A stretch of DNA of 62,860 nt, the filler included, from Globobulimina sp. (taxonomy: Eukaryota), in NCBI GenBank assembly GCA_003354225.1. It is 52 parts of 52 records of this genome, joined end to end, with 100 filler letters (N's around TTAATTAATTAA, not from the genome) between each part and the next. Parts side by side here need not be neighbours in the genome. Positions count along the whole stretch, not along the records: positions 60,541 to 61,650 come from PIVH01023256.1; positions 61,751 to 62,860 come from PIVH01023257.1; 50 more parts are not named here. One strand, given 5' to 3'. A model generated the notes under the pieces. The model was not told the DNA's origin. It searched no databases and was given only the letters and a program-made list of their open reading frames with translations. Of this stretch, positions 60,541 to 62,860 are shown piece after piece; the stretch's first letter is position 1; each line of letters opens with the position of its first letter. The position numbers and the translations under genes were made by a program.

Positions 60541-61650
60541 CAAAAGAATTGTGTGCAATCAATGAATGTTTTAAATCATTTTGTTTATGATTCATATTTT
60601 TTTTATTATTAATATTGCCAACATCGTCATTATGAATTTCTAATTTAATCGCTTGCTGTTTTTGTGGCTGTGGTACCGGCTGTGATTCCTCATAAATTAT
60701 CTTATATTTTGAATTATTATTTAAATCAATATGATAATGTGAATAGGGAGTATTTGCGATGGAGCTTCCAGTTGCATTCTGCGAACGTGATGCATATGTT
60801 TTATAGGTTAAATTTGCTGTTTGTGCAGTTTGATAATCGTCGTTCAAATATGAATCACTGCAACAACATCCACAACAATAATACCACCATTCTTCGCAAC
60901 AATTATTCTCATCGCACCAACAACAACAACCTTCAAACAAACAGCAGCAACAATATTGCTTCAGTGCATCAAACAAGTCTTCCCACAAAGTCCTGCGTCT
61001 CATCTGCGACTTAAATTGCTTTATATCGCGAACTGAGTCTGTTTTTAAATAATATTTATCATAAATGAGCTTATTTGGATTGTTGCTCTCATCCTCGCCA
61101 TAACTAAATCCTTTGTTATGTCTACAATATCTTGAGTCCAAACTGCAATGCAAACACATATTATTCGCAGATGGATCCATATCCGTTGAACTCATTATCG
61201 GTATATTAGTTTCATTGGTTTTTTGCCTCCCTAATGGCTGCACATTTATTCTCCCAAAATTAGAATTGTTGCTGCTATTCGTCATGGTGCCGGTCATTGT
61301 GCTGTGGAGCGGTATCTTTGCTAACGGCGCATGCTTTTTTTTCTTGTTTCTTCTCTTTTTCCTATGATGGTGATGATGTTTATGGCAATGTTTGTGTTTT
61401 TTATGATGCTGATGTTTACAGCTCGATTTATGATAATATTTATTTGTGTTTATACCGCATTGCACGCCGAAATTCGCAACTGCACTTTTGGTGTAATGCT
61501 GTAATTGAATGTGAACCGCCTCCACCGATTGTTGCATATTCTGAGCCTGGTTATGTGCGCGCAATGTAAATGATTGCAACTCGCGATTCCAATTAATAAA
61601 CACCCGGAAGATTAATAGACATAATATGTTCAGACCGACCCCTAACAATA
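60541..61650 (-). CDS. membrane protein cytosolic tail with His/Lys tract and Cys cluster (partial)
   Basis: TM helix, HKHHHHHRKKRR, YCCCCLFEGCCCWC..CCEEWWYYCCGCCC. Confidence 0.55.
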
Positions 61651-61750
61651 NNNNNNNNNNNNNNNNNNNNNNNNNNNNNNNNNNNNNNNNNNNNTTAATT
61701 AATTAANNNNNNNNNNNNNNNNNNNNNNNNNNNNNNNNNNNNNNNNNNNN

Positions 61751-62423
61751 ATTGCAAAAAAATACCAATTAATTCTGAACCAAAAAAAGCAAGTTCTAAT
61801 GTTGTAACATTATTACGTATACAATTAATTAAATGTTGATTTATCATAAATGATGCTATATCATTTCCATCATTTCTATTTCTATAATTGGAATAAATTA
61901 AATGCAATGTACGTAATGAAGTATTATGTGACAATATTGACTTATTTGATGCTGATAAAGCATTGAAATCTTTGATATTTATTGTTAAACTTTGAATATG
62001 TTTAAAGGCATTTAAATTTGCATTTGCCATAGTACTAGTGTTGAAGTCTAATTCATGTCTTTTTGGAATTGCGTTACAGGCAATATATGTTTTCCTATTG
62101 CATTGTGCTAATCGGAAATATTGTTTGTCACTTAAATATGCTGCACATTCACTAATTAACTCCGATGGTAATTTATCAATATGATCATCTGATAATATTT
62201 GTTGTTGATTTTCTTCTCTTTGATTAATAATATCTGATTGAATATTTGTAATGGTTGATATTTCATTCAAATTATTTTGAAAATGATTAAATAATAATTT
62301 TGTGATTAATTCGCGTCCAACAGATTTAATAAATTGATTAAAAAATTCATTATCTGTCAATTGAGCATCTAAATTCCGAAATCTAATCAAAGGAAGTAAT
62401 GACATGTTGTTGCCAGTCGGCAC
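61751..62423 (-). CDS. F-box + LRR-like protein (3'-partial)
   Basis: IDKLPSELISECAAYL...FRLAQCNR F-box, then LRR-like LTI/LRTLHL/TTLEL strands. Confidence 0.65.
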
Positions 62424-62654
62424 CGCACGTTAATTACAAATTTTTAAACCAAAAAAATCCTATTGGTGAATAAATCAACCCGTTTAATTTGGATCTATTC
62501 TGCACTTGGACAAAACAAAATGTTACAATCATTATTTATAAGAAAAAATACACATTTCAAGGCTGAATCGAGTTTTTATTATACAACTTTTAGGTAAGTT
62601 GTAATAAATTAAATACCCAGGATAATTCAATTGGATATTACAGATGCCTAATCG

Positions 62655-62860
62655 TCGTTTTAAAAGTAATCAAAGTAGCCAATTGTATCCCTTCCTTCGA
62701 CAGGTTCAGGAAACCAAATTTATAGATTATGTCTCCCTGCATGGTTATCGGCAGGATAACCCAAACTATTATTGAAATGATATTGATTACAACAACTCTT
62801 TTGACAAATATTTTCAAGTCGAGTTTTGCCAAAACAACGATTGAAAGAGAGATAAGTAGG
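62655..62860 (-). CDS. cbiQ: bacterial cobalt ECF transporter T component fragment
   Basis: LAKLDLKIFVKRVVVIN..IVWVILP...G..I..FG.L.LSKEGIQLATLITFK. Confidence 0.7.

Overview
This is not a continuous locus. It is a pseudo-scaffold of 52 unrelated ~1.1 kb contigs (1112, then 1111, then 1110 bp, i.e. length-sorted). They are joined by 51 identical 100-bp artificial spacers (44 N + TTAATTAATTAA + 44 N), so gene neighbourhood is meaningful only within a contig. Most contigs come from an AT-rich, intron-containing protist with ~53-75 nt GT-AG introns; I infer a foraminiferan/rhizarian. Its genes include ARF, SNIP1, cathepsin, GH38, GH18, RecQ, rhomboid, a mut-7-like exonuclease, UBA1, ubiquilin, a pentameric ligand-gated channel and tRNA-Ala(CGC). 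Mixed in are mobile elements (LINE endonuclease, RT and RNase H pieces; Polinton/adintovirus protease + packaging ATPase; a Polinton-type integrase start; an intron-containing Crypton-like tyrosine recombinase; foldback repeats). There are also non-coding repeat contigs that look metazoan, and bacterial/archaeal DNA (sqdB + capD-like, patatin, acyl-CoA dehydrogenase, cbiQ, RHS-like, DPANN-like). Several contigs are internal chimeras of different organisms, as expected from whole-genome amplification of a single cell with its food and microbiome. One such fragment reads only with TAA/TAG=Gln. I found no multi-gene novel system that can be supported. The best leads are the intron-split tyrosine recombinase with a non-canonical YxxR motif, the Polinton-like module, a membrane-anchored pseudo-G-alpha fusion, a SAM-SAM-Rab fusion and the TAR=Gln fragment. 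All family calls come from motif recognition by eye, not database searches.
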